A stretch of 64,000 nt of DNA, from positions 42,038,001 to 42,102,000 of the forward strand of contig OZ249436.1 of assembly GCA_965235115.1 (NCBI GenBank), in the 5' to 3' direction. Under the pieces are notes generated by a model that was given only the letters and a program-made list of their open reading frames with translations, made no database searches and had not been told where the DNA came from. The stretch's first letter is position 1; every line of letters starts with the position of its first letter. This DNA comes from Laetmonice hystrix (Eukaryota). Of the stretch, positions 1 through 13,485 are shown in pieces. The position numbers were made by a program, and so were the translations under genes.

Positions 1-2578
1 CTGATCGTTGTACGTGTGAGAGTAGAATTACAAACTACAAGCTCCGGACATGGCACATCGTGGATTATACAAATAGAGTAAGACCTACAGTGTTGACACG
101 TGCTTTTATATTTCCTATATAAAAAAAAAGAGTATTTCGCGAATGTTTTTTCGTAGATCGTCTGCGCAAATAACCAAATATCATGTCTGAGCTATTAAAG
201 TTTCTGACAGTGCGCTATAATGTCGCTGTCAGTAGGAAAACAAGGTGACCTTTAGGGGCACGTTAATCGAATGTCAGCTTTCTTTTCTTCTTCTTTTTTT
301 TTTTTTTTTTTTTTGTTTTTTTTGGTTGACGTTTTTTTTAAACATTTAGCAAGGCATGGTTTTCGATGTCTGCAAGCAGTTGGCACTAGCTCTACAGTGG
401 GATACAGTATGCTGTCGAGGTCACGTCTAAAATATTTCCTCCTACAGTAGAACAAACCGTAGGTGGTTTCATTTCGGTCTAGGCTGTCTCCTTGAGCTTG
501 TCACGAAGGACGCGGATATCGTGTGTACAATTACTGTACAGCGGTCCGCGAGTTCCGTGTTCGCCGCTGAGGCTGTGTGTTCTCACAGATGTGTGTGGAG
601 TAGTACGAAGTGTAGCCTAGTCTGATAGCAGTCTGATAGTACCAAGTGATTGAGTGATACACGTAATGGGGTTGGTACATTCCCCCACGACTTCTTGTAC
701 AGTTATGTTGTACATGAGAACTTGCAGGGTTAAGAATATTTTCTTGTACATGAAATCTATGTCAGCAATACTTCAATGACCTTTGCGTAGAATCCAACGT
801 GTGGCATTAGTTATATTTTTGAGTCGAGGTTGCTTTACGTTGAGGTAAGGGTAACCAAGCTATTTTAACGTGATTATGTGAGTTTTTATTCAGGTACAAT
901 TGTGTTTGTATATTTGTGATGTCATATAGTATTTTCAAATGTGATGAGATGGAGACACCCTCATATATGCTGCAGCAAAGTAAAACAACGGTTAGTTTCA
1001 TTAGGCCTATATAATATCGCAAGGTTGAAATCACTTTTAGATAATGTGTCACAATCGGTTAGGCGTCTGTTGAAATATGCATCCGGTCAATGTTGTATGT
1101 TTGGATAACGATACAACATAGCTCATTAGGGAAATTTGCCCAAAAAATTAATAGTGTGTCTAAAAGAGTTTACAAAATAAGGAAACCGCAATCTTTGAAC
1201 CAAATTATGCTTTAATAACAGCTTGCCCAGATATATCTCGAGAAAACAACTTTTCTCATAACCTTTTCTGATTCACTCTAACGATTCTGACAGCTGAAAG
1301 TTTAATAAACTGCAGTTTCTGAGAACATAGTCTTCTTTCTCTGTGAAACAGATCCTGTAATAACGAGAGATGTCACACTCGATATAGCATGGGTATTTCC
1401 ATAGCTAATACTTCTACCTGAGAGGTCACACGAATCCGAACTTTGATGGATAATATAGCAATAATTACCTTTTATCAGTGTATTGTTCTGTGTATATTGG
1501 GAATTATTAGTAAGCAGAAATAGGCAGATCTCGAACGGACCCAGTGTCTTTTCACAGAAGGAAAGTCATATTGCAATACAAACTGTTCCTTTTGCAGTTG
1601 ACCTGTTATTGCATCAAGGCAGAATTCAAATTCAATTGGTCCTAATAGTAGTAATAAAATGGGGATGTGATCACAGATATAATATTTGTTTCAATCGTTA
1701 TTTAATTCAAATATATATCTGGACTACTCTCCTTTATATGGCAAGTTTGCTTGTTTCAGTGTTCATCCGGTAAGACAGGAGTAGACCTATAACTGCCCCC
1801 TAAAACATCTTTCCTATTTAAAAAGATGTCGGGACTGTTAGGACTAATTGTATGCTCCCAACCTACGACCGTGCACTCCACTCACAGAAAGTAGCGTCTA
1901 AAACACTGCCCCACACCAGCCCTCCCCCCATTTGTAACCTCTTACGAACTGCCAGAGGTGAGGGTGAGGGCAATCCTTACACCTGATCCCCAAGGGGCCA
2001 GGGGACCGGAGATGATCATGACCGTGGAATATACCGAGACCCAAGGGTACTTCATTCATTGCCAGAACGTGCTGGGCATGAGCCAAATAGGTCTATAGTC
2101 CCACAGATACCATATCTGCACACATAATGTCACGGCATGTCCAGGGTTTAGGGGCAGTTATAATTCAAGGTCAGACTGGGGAGGAACTGGCTGTTCTTTT
2201 GTCTTAATTAAAAGGCGGGAAAAAGGAATAATATTCCTTATACGTCATGTCACGAATATTTGGCATCTCGCCATTCGCTAAAGTACGCCTATCGCATCCA
2301 ACTTAACAGGGGAGATTATCGTCTTGATGAAATGACCAACATGAATCTGGTGAACCCATCCATTTTTCGATTATGCCCACTTATGGTACGTGAATACACT
2401 TTACACCCTCAGTGATCAGTTGAGCCCGATTCATATTTCAATAGCCTTCTGTCGCCGACAAGATTTCTCAACGCTGACCCAGTTCAACGACGTCGTTTAG
2501 AACGCAGGGATCGCCAGTAAGATTGTGGTTTTATGAGTCGTCAACGCCAGCTGCACGCGCTCGGCAGTCGGCGACGAT

Positions 2579-2988
2579 CATAGGCGCCAGAAGCGGGGGG
2601 GGGGGGCAGGGGGCGACCGCCCCCTCAATAATCTGGTTGGGGGGGGGGCATCGCCCCCCCCCCAATAATCTGTGATCATGAATGAAAAAAGGCAGGTTTT
2701 TCCCCATACAGTAGGCCTGCTGAAACCATGACTTGGGTGCGTCAAAGACTGGGTCGATTGTCCTAATGATACATTGATACATTGTAATTTATTCATTTAC
2801 GCCTTCAAAACATAAAAAGTCCTGCCTCAAAATGGCGTAGAAAAGCGTTTTAAGGTGTGTAGTTTTTAAAATTTTCTTGGGGAGGGCCTCCGATCCTGCT
2901 TTACTAAGCATGTTGTAGCCTATGACTTTCGCTTCAGCTCTCTTGCCCCCCCCCCCCCCCCAATAATAATTTGCTTCCGGCGCCCCTG
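2579..2988. mobile_element. Non-autonomous DNA transposon (MITE), 8-bp TSD, hAT/P-like
   Basis: TIRs CATAGGCGCCAGAAGC / GCTTCCGGCGCCCCTG; perfect flanking duplication GCGACGAT at 2571-2578 and 2989-2996. Confidence 0.85.
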
Positions 2989-4045
2989 GCGACGATATAG
3001 TAGTACGTAGGCCTACTTTGTAGATCTACAGGGGAGAGTGTAGCAGTGTCAACTACCTGTTTATGAAAGGGATGTTGTCTTAAAATGAAACTTGCAACAA
3101 ACATGTGTTAAGCGGTGCATATATTTAGACAAAGAGTTAGATCGCAATAAAATCCAGGGACATTAGCTCGAGGTAGGAAAGAGGGAATTGTATTTAAAGG
3201 TGAATTGGGTACTGTACGGGAAAAATGTCGCATGGATATAAGTAAACTAGGGTTTTACTTGAGTAAAGGTGTCTTGTCTTACATGTGTATACCATTATCG
3301 TTAACACATATCTGTTCCACACATGGATATGTCCATTATCCACCGCGGATTGCATCTTCTAAAAACAAAACCAGGGGTAAAAATATCATACCAGCCTTTA
3401 TTTCATTATGACCTTTCTTTCAAAGAAAACAATTAACAGTCTAAAATTGGATATAACAGCTATTGGGTATATTTCGCAACAGACAACGTGTAAATATAAA
3501 ATGTTTCTAGATACATCAATCAATAACATTGTTCCTCATCGAAATCGGAGAAAGGGTTTAATGACTAGCATGCAGTTGCTTTCGTAAAGCCATATGAAAG
3601 TCTTAGGAATGATTCTAAAAGGAAACCTCTTTAATTAATTTTTCTTTCAACTTTCGAGGTTGCTAAAATCAGCCTTGAACTATAAAGGCAACAAACATTT
3701 ATATTTTCAACTCTTTTTCTGCGCTGTTTATTTATAGACATGCCCTTAAAACATCTGTGTAACAGTTGGGAACAAGGCATGTGTTTCTGACATAAGCGAG
3801 ATCATTCATTGCCACTGGACGACTTTGCCTAAAGTTAAATCCTCCTAGGTGCAGGTTTCTTGTATTATTATTCCGAGATTCATGTGGGGTTATTTTCCGA
3901 TTCTACAGCACCTGCTCCTGTCATTAAAACTTACAACAGTACTTCTCTATCTTGGAATGGAGTACTGGAGGCCTATACGTGATAACAAATCATTGTGATG
4001 GTTCTATATGACCTCGCTCTGATAATGACATCTGGTCATTTTCCT

Positions 4046-4780
4046 TTCCTACCCATGTCATCGACGCAATCAATGGGACACTTTACCTTCCTTCCTACCC
4101 ATGTCATCGACGCAATCAATGGGACACTTTACCTTCCTTCCTACCCATGTCATCGACGCAATCAATGGGACACTTTATCTTCCTTCCTACCCATGTCATC
4201 GACGCAATCAATGGGACACTTTATCTTCCTTCCTACCCATGTCATCGATGCAATCAATGGGACACTTTATCTTCCTTCCTACCCATGTCATCGACGCAAT
4301 CAATGGGACACTTTATCTTCCTTCCTACCCATGTCATCGACGCAATCAATGGGACACTTTACCTTCCTTCCTACCCATGTCATCGACGCAATCAATGGGA
4401 CACTTTATCTTCCTTCCTACCCATGTCATCGATGCAATCAATGGGACACTTTACCTTCCTTCCTACCCATGTCATCGACGCAATCAATGGGACACTTTAC
4501 CTTCCTTCCTACCCATGTCATCGACGCAATCAATGGGACACTTTACCTTCCTTCCTACCCATGTCATCGATGCAATCAATGGGACACTTTACCTTCCTTC
4601 CTACCCATGTCATCGACGCAATCAATGGGACACTTTACCTTCCTTCCTACCCATGTCATCGGTGCAATCAATGGGACACTTTACCTTCCTTCCTACCCAT
4701 GTCATCGACGCAGTCAATAGGATTACATTCCTTCCTACCCATGTCATCGATGCAATCAATGGGACACTTTACCTTCCTTC
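4046..4780. repeat. 46-bp minisatellite, ~16 copies
   Basis: Unit TTCCTACCCATGTCATCGA(C/T)GCAATCAATGGGACACTTTA(C/T)CTTCC, near-identical head-to-tail copies. Confidence 0.97.
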
Positions 4781-5081
4781 AAATGCTTTCAAAACCTGAA
4801 CATTATATTTTCTAGTCTTCAGACCGTCCAGTCGCACGGGCATCAAAATGTCGTTTTTGGGGGGAGGGGTGGGGGCCTTAATTTTACAATATTGGGCCTA
4901 CCTTTGAGGTTTGACCTATAGACTATATGCCAAAAGGTTTTTTTACGTGAGTTTGGAAAATTTATAGAGGTCTAACCTCATAAATTAAGTGACTTTCTAC
5001 CTTTTTGATAAAACGAAAAAAAGTATGAGGTGCCTTCCCTTTTTAAGAAACATTCAATGATAGACGATGGCCTGAGACGCC

Positions 5082-8000
5082 CTATTCAGTTGTTGAAAGA
5101 GGATCTCTATGATCTAAGGATTGCGTCTCTGTGCCTGTATTGTCGGGTAGCAACATCTGGAGGTGAGCCATCAGACTGTTGAGTCCCTCCAGATAGTTCA
5201 TATCGACACCGTCGGAGGGAAACACCCGCGCGAAATCAATCATCTTCACCTCGACCTTTGAACACGCACAGACCGAAGCCACGCTGCTGTCGTCATCGCC
5301 CGTCGTGTCAATAGTTCGGCACAGCAACGATTCTACAGCGCCGCCATCTTTGCCAGCGTTTGTTGCACTCCCTGCTGGGTGCCAGTCATTGTTCGGTTTA
5401 TTCCCCACACCGGGTTCAATCGTTTTTGACCTAAGATTGACGGAATAATTTTTGTCCACAAAAACGTCAGAAACACTGGGTCTCTGCTGTGGTGTCGCCT
5501 CGACATGCGCAGACTCACCTTCCACCTCTTCTGATATGTCACGGAGAAGCAAAGTGTTTGGGGAAAGATCCGTCCGGATATTCAGGTCTTTGAAACGGCA
5601 GTTGAAACAGGGGACATCACCTTCGTAGATGATGAGGATGGAGCTTGCATAGAACGCGTACTTTCGCTGCTTTTCTACCCAGGAACGGATCCCCAGTAAT
5701 TTATACAAACATGTTGAAATGACATCGCATCGTGTGCCGGTATCATTGTCAAAAAACCGTCCAAAACCTACAAAAAGCAATTCAGCGACAATAGTTTCTT
5801 TCTACCACATGCATGCAGACATTTATTGAATAAACCGAGGTTAAACATCTTAGGTGTTTCAGAGAATTCACAAGCTTTCCTTTTACCACCGCCTATACTA
5901 ATACCTTCCAAGTGGCAACCCTTCTCTCATCAAAAAGAACAATCTTTTTTTCTCAAAATAACACATAGGCCTACATTCACTGGCGGATCCAAGGGGGCTA
6001 AGGGGTCTCCAGCCCCCCCCCCCCCAATTATCATGTATTTTTGGCCTTGGCCTAATAATATGTTTTTGCCCGATGGTTAGCCCCCCTAAAAAAGTCATAG
6101 ATCCGCCCATGACATCTCCACTATATTTCCCGCTGCCATAGCTGTATAGTTACAGTCAGCTGTCCCAGAACTGACAAAGCTTTCAATGTAACAGTGCCTC
6201 CCCATGTAGGAGTTCGGGAAGGCAGGGTATTATGTCAAGGAAGGGCCATGTTTTGTCCGGGACGAGCTATCGAAAGGGGATCTGGGTTATATCCAACAAG
6301 AAACATTTTTAGAAAAGAAAATTAAAGTTTTCTGCCCTTTTCCCCCCTGAAATAAATGCTATGGAGCGATCAATGAATGGTATTGTATAAGGTATGTAGA
6401 TATTTATAATTACTGAACTGCTTCTTTAAGATCTGTGTAACGAGAGCTGGATCATTTCCTGGAAACTTTTGGGTAATGGGGGTCGCACGGACACGGGCAG
6501 GGCGTTCTACAATTTAAGGGCAGGGTGCTCTTCCAAAAGGGCAGGGCGGATTCTTGTATAAAGGCAGAGCGTCGCGCCCTGCTATTTTCCACCATGCAGG
6601 GGAGGCACTGCTGTAATATGACAGAGATTTCCAAAGCGGACCAATAGGCCCAACATGATGATAGGGCATGATCCCTTACCTTTAGTCAATACCTGCGACT
6701 CATCCAGGCCCCTTAGGAATTCCTTCGTGCATGTGGTAAATAAATCCGTCGTCCGACAGTAATGCTACCATCACCACGCCATTTCGAATTGAAGAAAAGA
6801 AGCTCAGATTGCATTTCAAATGTCACAGACTTATTAGGAGATCCATTTGGGTAGACCGACGGGTCAAGTGACGGCACGTTTGCATAATGAAACATTACAC
6901 ATCTTGGATTACCTTCATTCGAGAAGACAGGGACTGTTGTTTTTTCGATGTCTACGTTGTCGACAGCTAGGCTAATGGAAAATGATGCTTCATGGTACTA
7001 AATCTTTTGATCTTTTGATCAGCTATAGGCGTATTGTTTAAAATATATCATTGTAAATACCCGCATTCCTTTCAGCTGGAAGTGGAGCTTTTCCTGGGGC
7101 GGATACTTGGCGCGCTCCTTGGCGATCTTTTCAGCCGTGGCGTCTGGATCGTAAGACTGGGCGCCCACCTTGATATCAGCAATACACGGCCTCCTGAAGG
7201 TCCGGGCTAGGTCCACCAATCTCAGGTACGTCACTAACCAACAGGTCAAACACTATTATGGCATCCCGTCACGGTACGTCACTGACGGACGCAATTCAAA
7301 TAGAAGAAAGGGCATCATTGCAGTGCGTCGTGCACGTTTTCGGAATGGAAAATAACATCTTATATAAAATTATCCATGTTCCTACGTCTTAAATACGTAA
7401 AAACGTTTGAATGAAAAACACGGATATAAAAAGCACGATTGAAAACTCTGCGATGACGTAAATCTTGACAATTATTGTCAAATTGAAGGACTGGTTTAAT
7501 TATAGATAGCTTACCTTCTGGGTGGCTTGGATCTACGTATGTTCCGAGGTATGTAGGTACGAACTTTCTAGCCTCAAGTAACACGGCTGTACTACTAGTG
7601 TTAGAGTCGTCAACTGTAGATATATCCTTATCCGAGGATCTTAACAAACTGCGTTTGTTTTCTGTTCGGGACATGACTTCTACATTTGCTATCTCACAGT
7701 CCTTGTACTTCTTGCAGAGTGAGTGAGGTCCATTGGCAGTTCCTAGGACATTGGTGTTCCATACTGTTTCGTAAAATGCAAGTTCACTATGACCACATCG
7801 TCCTCCAGGGAGCGGTTTTAGTAACGTTCCGTCTACACACTCTAACATACCTATAGGGGGAAAATGTCAGATGTCACCGTATATATAGGTAAATACATTT
7901 ATAAAAAGTGATATAAAAACGGAAACAACTGTATATTACATTCGAGTCACTACACCGGACGCTAGGCAAATTGGAACATTCACAATGGGATATCGTATGA

Positions 8001-9489
8001 ATTGGCGAAGGGCTCCCTACATGCAAGAAGCCAATATAAACAAAAGAGCCAGTCTAAACCGCCATAATAATCAATGAAAAAAACAACACCCGTCAACCTA
8101 CACTACCTGGTCGTGTGGCAAATGGTTGTAGGCCTACTTTATGAAGCCTTAGGAATTTGTGATACTCAACTCGTTCCATCTGCTGTTATTGCTCCAGGGC
8201 CAACCTATGTTTAACTACAGCTAATGGTGTATAACCATGCCTAGAGGTTTATACACAGGATTCAGCAGTCTGGGTAATGTTTGTTTACATGATGTATTAC
8301 ATGCGAGACTAAACAGGTGTCCATGTCTATATGACGACGTCCTATCGCATGTGATAAGATGCCCAAATCTCATCGAGTTTCCCAAGACAAACTTTTGAGT
8401 GCACGTTGATTTGGATCATTGTATATAGTTGAACTCCATTAGCCATAGGTATGGGTGTATAACACATATCAGACTGAGAGGCGTAGGAAGTGGGGGCAGA
8501 GGGGGATGCTCCCCCCCCCCCCCCCCAATTTATAAAATGACCACAGGCTCAATCGGCGTAAGTCATTCTGACGTCCCAATATTTTTTCCTTCCTACATCA
8601 CTGCATAAATGCCGAACAGAACAGTCATGCTTACTTTCCAACCCGCCAAAAGAACGTCGAAGGTAGTCATACTATGTAACTTAGTTTCACCTCCACCTTT
8701 AAAGAGTTGATCTCTCCACGGAAACGCAAACTATATCGAAATTTATTTCCCCTCTTGTCAATAGATTATAGTCCTTATGCCCTAGCTCCCTAGTTTCATT
8801 CCCCATTGTTGTATTAGTTAAATCCGTTTAAGAAAATGTGGTGCCGGGAAAGACGTACCTAGTTTGGAGCTGCTCTTGCCATACACATGGCCTGCCACTT
8901 GATGACTGAGTGGACGTGTACCAGGCGGTAACGGTGGCAGGTCGTGGTCGGCCGCCGACGTGTTCGAGCTGGAACAGTAAGTACTCCCTGTCGGTCGGCA
9001 CGATCCACATCCGGATGGAGCCGGAGCTGTCGGCTGCATACGGCTCGTGTTATCAGGGCGCTCCTGGTCGGCAGAGCTCCACCTTCTGACGGCTGTCGTC
9101 TCAGAGCAGACGAAATGTGCCCGCTTCGGACCAGGCGTGATGGCTTCTGGCGGGAACTGTCTGGGCATAGGAGATCCTTGCAGCGGTTCTAATGGGTCAT
9201 GGTCGGGAGGGGTTTGGTGACGAGGTGCTATGTGGGAGTTGACCTGAGTTGGTGTCATTGCTGTGATTTGCGGCGGAGCCCTTTTTGGAGAGGCGAGAAA
9301 AAAGGCAGTTGAATCTTTTTGTAAGATAACGTGCGAAACGTCATCTGGAATCCTGCAAGAGTGCGCGTCGCTTCTCCGGCCTACGGCTGATGACGCCCCA
9401 TCAGATGTTAATGTGGGTTCAAGCATAGTCGTTCTTCCTCTTGTTAAACTTTGTGCAAGCAGATGCACTCCACCCATTCTCACTGTCAT
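5082..9489 (-). CDS. IPMK: Inositol polyphosphate multikinase-like, paralogue A (5 coding exons, ~636 aa if ATG 9489 is used)
   Basis: Exons 9489-8859, 7850-7515, 7233-7061, 6764-6680, 5767-5082 join in phase via GT-AG introns (1911 nt). Motifs HQVAGH, PCIADIKVG (PxxxDxKxG), SYDP..KYP, YASSIL, KMIDF. The 85-nt exon 4 (HYCRTTDLFTTCTKEFLRGLDESQVLTK) is not in the ORF track. Start codon uncertain. Confidence 0.9.
5978..6111. mobile_element. GGCGGATCC-TIR MITE family copy, in IPMK-A intron 4
   Basis: CACTGGCGGATCCA ... TAGATCCGCCCATG with internal G and C runs. Confidence 0.6.
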
Positions 9490-10730
9490 CCGAAATAAAC
9501 CTATAGGAACGCTCCTATCCAATCCAACCTTGCTGTGATCGTCCGTAAATCACGCCCCCTTCCCCAAGCCCGCAGTCCGAACAGCTCTCGTTGTCCGCTA
9601 CAGCTTTGCACGGCCCGCCATCGCCATGGGCCTGTTTTAAACCAAACCAAATCTGTCCGATTTTCTCTACTTCTTTTACAGCAACGACGGTCCATGAGTC
9701 ATGACAACCTTGTCCATCCTGTGTATACCTACGTGATGAGTACACCGATTACTTGTTGGTACATATTTGGTTGCTTTTGGCGCCATGCACTGCAAACGTC
9801 AAGCGGCGTCGTATACTAACCTGAAACATATAGCAAGTCTAAATGTTAGCGTCAATAATATCCCCGCATTAAACATGCATATTGCCTTGTCATATGATTG
9901 ACGACAGAATTGAATGTCTGTCTTATAGAGATACCTGTCAAATGTTACTGTGACGTCGACAACACCTGGCATATAACAGGATGTATGGCAGCAAGTTGAT
10001 GTCGACCAGTTTCTGCTTGTCGTCTGCTGCCGACGAGCGCGAGGATGTGTAGGCGCGGCAGAGTCGATTTTTACCAGCGCCGGCTGCGTTGTAAATACTT
10101 GTTGGCGGTTTAACCAGTCAGACATGCGCAAATACCAAATGTGTCAATTTATTGCTGCTTAGATTTCAGGTAAGGCCAATTAGAGAAAAGACTTTGCTTC
10201 ATCATAATAAGATGTGTTCGTTGACATTGAGTGAAAGTGCGGGTTTTCTAAATCAACCAATAGAAGCTGTTTAACATGGTCATCAAAGCAAAGCAGCCAG
10301 AACTACTTCAGAAGGTCACGAAGGCTGAAGTCCCTTTAAGTCTGCATATTTTCAAGAAAAGAGGCAACTTCATATTTGGGATTATCCAAAACCAATAACC
10401 AGAACGCTGCGCCTGTCGTTTTACTGCCTTGAGTTCTTCATACAATGACTATTATAGGAGTAAAGTTAATCCTTGAAGTAAAAGCGCCGTAATTACGTAA
10501 TGATTACAAGATACTCCTTAAAGTTCCAACCCCAGGGCCTCAGGCCTCTGAGTTCGTCTCTTTTGAGCCGCATGTCAGAAGTTTGTCATGTGACATGCTG
10601 TAAGGGCGCCATCGTTAAAACTGACCGCCTTGATATAACCATGCATCTGTTGCGCAGGCGTAACTCCCCAATCCAAACCCGACTCCAAATCAAAGGGATA
10701 CCTGCCAAGTCGACAATAGGGCTTAGATTC

Positions 10731-11092
10731 CAGGGGCGGATCCAGGGGGTCCGAATCCGCCATTTTTGGTCAGAAAAATATAGGCTATCGGTGCAATAAG
10801 TTAATAGGTCTCATACTATTATGACAGTGTGGTCCTTTTCGTGAGATGATGCCTTGTGAAAGTTGTCAAAAGATCTTTGGCCTTCTAAATTCAAAAATTT
10901 TCTGGGGAGGACCCCTGACCCCCTGCGCATGTTATTTGTAGGCTAGCTAGGCTTGAATGCCTTGAGAAATTTCCAAATTCAAATATTTTCTGGGGGAAGA
11001 CCCCCGCGCATGAACCTGTTCTGACTTCACGTCATGTCATTACGTCATAATTATAACATATTGGATCCCCCCTTTTCAAAAACCTGGATCCC
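10731..11092. mobile_element. GGCGGATCC-TIR MITE family copy
   Basis: CAGGGGCGGATCCAGG ... AACCTGGATCCC (right end eroded). Confidence 0.6.
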
Positions 11093-11550
11093 CTAGATCC
11101 ACAGAACACATCCACCCTCAATTCTTGCGATGTTATGAAGACGCTACTGAAGGATGCGGCGCGCAGTCGACGGGCAACCCACCTACAGCTACTGCGACAA
11201 TTTATCTTGCCCGCTGTTATTATCTGGCCTGGCCAGTAAGATATATCACCAGTCTTCGTGATTGTGATCAGCTGCATCAGCACCATTTGATCTGTTGACA
11301 GATGTAAAATTGGCACGCCGGAGGAGTTATTCTTTGTAGCGTCGGCACAGACAACCTGAGGGCAGCAGGGTGACATTATAGAAGGTCGGATTGCCTTTAT
11401 CACCATTACCGTTAACCCAAACCCACGCACAACCTGGCCCTTTTATCACGAATACAGCCGCAATAGGCAGGTTTAGAACGATCTCCAAGTTCTTGGTCTT
11501 CATTGCCCATAATTATGTTATTACATCACGAAATGAAAGGTGTGAGGTTT

Positions 11551-11702
11551 GGAAGCCGGAAGCCGGGGGGGGGGGGGTCGACCCAACCCCCCAATAATCT
11601 GTGATCTCGAATGAAAATAGTGCGTTTTCCCGTTACCGTTGAAACCAAGATGTCTTGGCCTCCCCCCTCCCCCCAAATAGTAATTGGCTTCCGGCGCCAT
11701 TG
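11551..11702. mobile_element. Short relative of the 2579-2988 MITE
   Basis: Shares CCCCCAATAATCTGTGATC..GAATGAAAA and the right end GCTTCCGGCGCCATTG. Confidence 0.65.
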
Positions 11703-11851
11703 GCTAGAGCTTAGGGCGAGGTCCGGGGCTATGAGTCTATCTTGCTCGCCTGCATGATTTTCTACCGGTATTACCAATATCTGTTGATCGATTCGGAGTA
11801 AAGGGCGAAAGTCTGACGATCCTACACTATTTTATATGATGTTTGATTGTA

Positions 11852-12082
11852 CAGGGTGTATCAAAAAAGGTTCAGGGGGTTATTACGCCGAGGTTATGTA
11901 GTTTGACAATACACATGTGGTTTACCAATTAATTAAGTGGAACTCCTCAACTTTCCATTGATACCTTTAATGGTTCATTGCTGACGCTGTTATTGAGCAA
12001 CTGCAATGGGACAATAAAGGTATCAATAGAAAGCTGAGTAGTTTCTCATCCCCTGAATTAGGATTATTTTTTATACACCCTG
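11852..12082. mobile_element. Tc1/mariner-type MITE with TA TSD
   Basis: TA|CAGGGTGTATCAAAAAA ... TTTTTTATACACCCTG|TA. Confidence 0.75.
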
Positions 12083-12194
12083 TATAACTCCGGGCATTCA
12101 GTAGTAACCGTGAAATGGGCTGAGATAAGGTCAATCTGAGATAAAAGCATAGACCTACACGGATGTATACTATGGATAAAATGTTAGGTTGGTT

Positions 12195-13485
12195 CATGGC
12201 CACGCCGGATGGTTCACCCAGGAGGTCATTTCAACCAGGATGGTCCACCCAGGAGGTCATGTCAACCAGGATGGTCCACCCAGGAGGTCATGTCAACCAG
12301 GATGGTCCATCCAGGAGGTCATGTCAACCAGGATGGTCCATCCAGGAGGTCATGACAACCAGGATGGTCCATCCAGGAGGTCATGACAACCAGGATGGTC
12401 CATCCAGGAGGTCATGTCAACCAGGATGGTCCATCCAGGAGGTCATGTCAACCAGGATGGTCCATCCAGGAGGTCATGTCAACAAGGGTAGTGCACCCAT
12501 GCAGGAGGTCATGTCAACCAGGATGGTCCATCCAGGAGGTCATGGCCACGCAGGATGGTCCATCCAGGAGGTCATGTCAACCAGGATGGTCCATCCAGGA
12601 GGTCATGTCAACCAGGATGGTCCATCCAGGAGGTCATGTCAACCAGAATGGTCCATCCAGGAGGTCATGTCAACCAGGATGGTCCATCCAGGAGGTCATG
12701 TCAACCAGGATGGTCCATCCAGGAGGTCATGTCAACCAGGCTGGTCCACCCAGGAGGTCATGTCAACCAGGATAGTCCACCCATGCAGGAGGTCATGTCA
12801 ACCAGGATGGTCCACCCAGGAGGTCATGTCAACCAGGATGGTCCATCCAGGAGGTCATGTCAACCAGGATGGTCCATCCAGGAGGTCATGTCAACCAGGA
12901 TGGTCCATCCAGGAGGTCATGTCAACCAGGATGGTCCATCCAGGAGGTCATGTCAACCAGGATGGTCCATCCAGGAGGTCATGTCAACCAGGATGGTCCA
13001 TCCAGGACGTCATGTCAACCAGGATGGTCCATCCAGGAGGTCATGTCAACCAGGATGGTCCACCCAGGAGGTCATGTCAACCAGGATAGTCCATCCAGGA
13101 GGTCATGTCAACCAGGATAGTCCACCCATGCAGGAGGTCATGTCAACCAGGATGGTCCACCCAGGAGGTCATGTCAACCAGGATGGTCCATCCAGGAGGT
13201 CATGTCAACCAGGATGGTCCACCCAGGTCATGTCAACCAGGATGGTCCACCCAGGAGGTCATGTCAACCGGGATGGTCCATCCAGGAGGTCATGTCAACC
13301 AGGCTGGTCCATCCAGGAGGTCATGACAACCAGGATGGTCCATCCAGGAGGTCATGTCAACCAGGCTGGTCCACCCAGGAGGTCATGTCAACCAGGATGG
13401 TCCATCCAGGAGGTCATGTCAACCAGGATGGTCCACCCAGGAGGTCACGTCAACCAGGAGGGTCTATCCACGGTGTCAACCAGGA
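12195..13485. repeat. 31-bp minisatellite, ~41 copies
   Basis: Unit CCAGGATGGTCCA(T/C)CCAGGAGGTCATGTCAA; period 31 (e.g. 12235 to 12266); a few units carry a 4-bp insertion. Confidence 0.97.

Noticed and set aside
1788..2162. Imperfect 16-17 bp inverted pair TATAACTGCCCC(C)TAAA
   Set aside because: Possibly an old MITE, but short, imperfect and without a second copy in the window.
3995..4815. Three overlapping 222-241 aa ORFs
   Set aside because: Produced by a nearly stop-free 46-bp repeat cycling through frames; no domain or splice support.
5082..9489. IPMK-A as a pseudogene
   Set aside because: All five exons join in phase with canonical sites, no stops, and catalytic motifs are retained.
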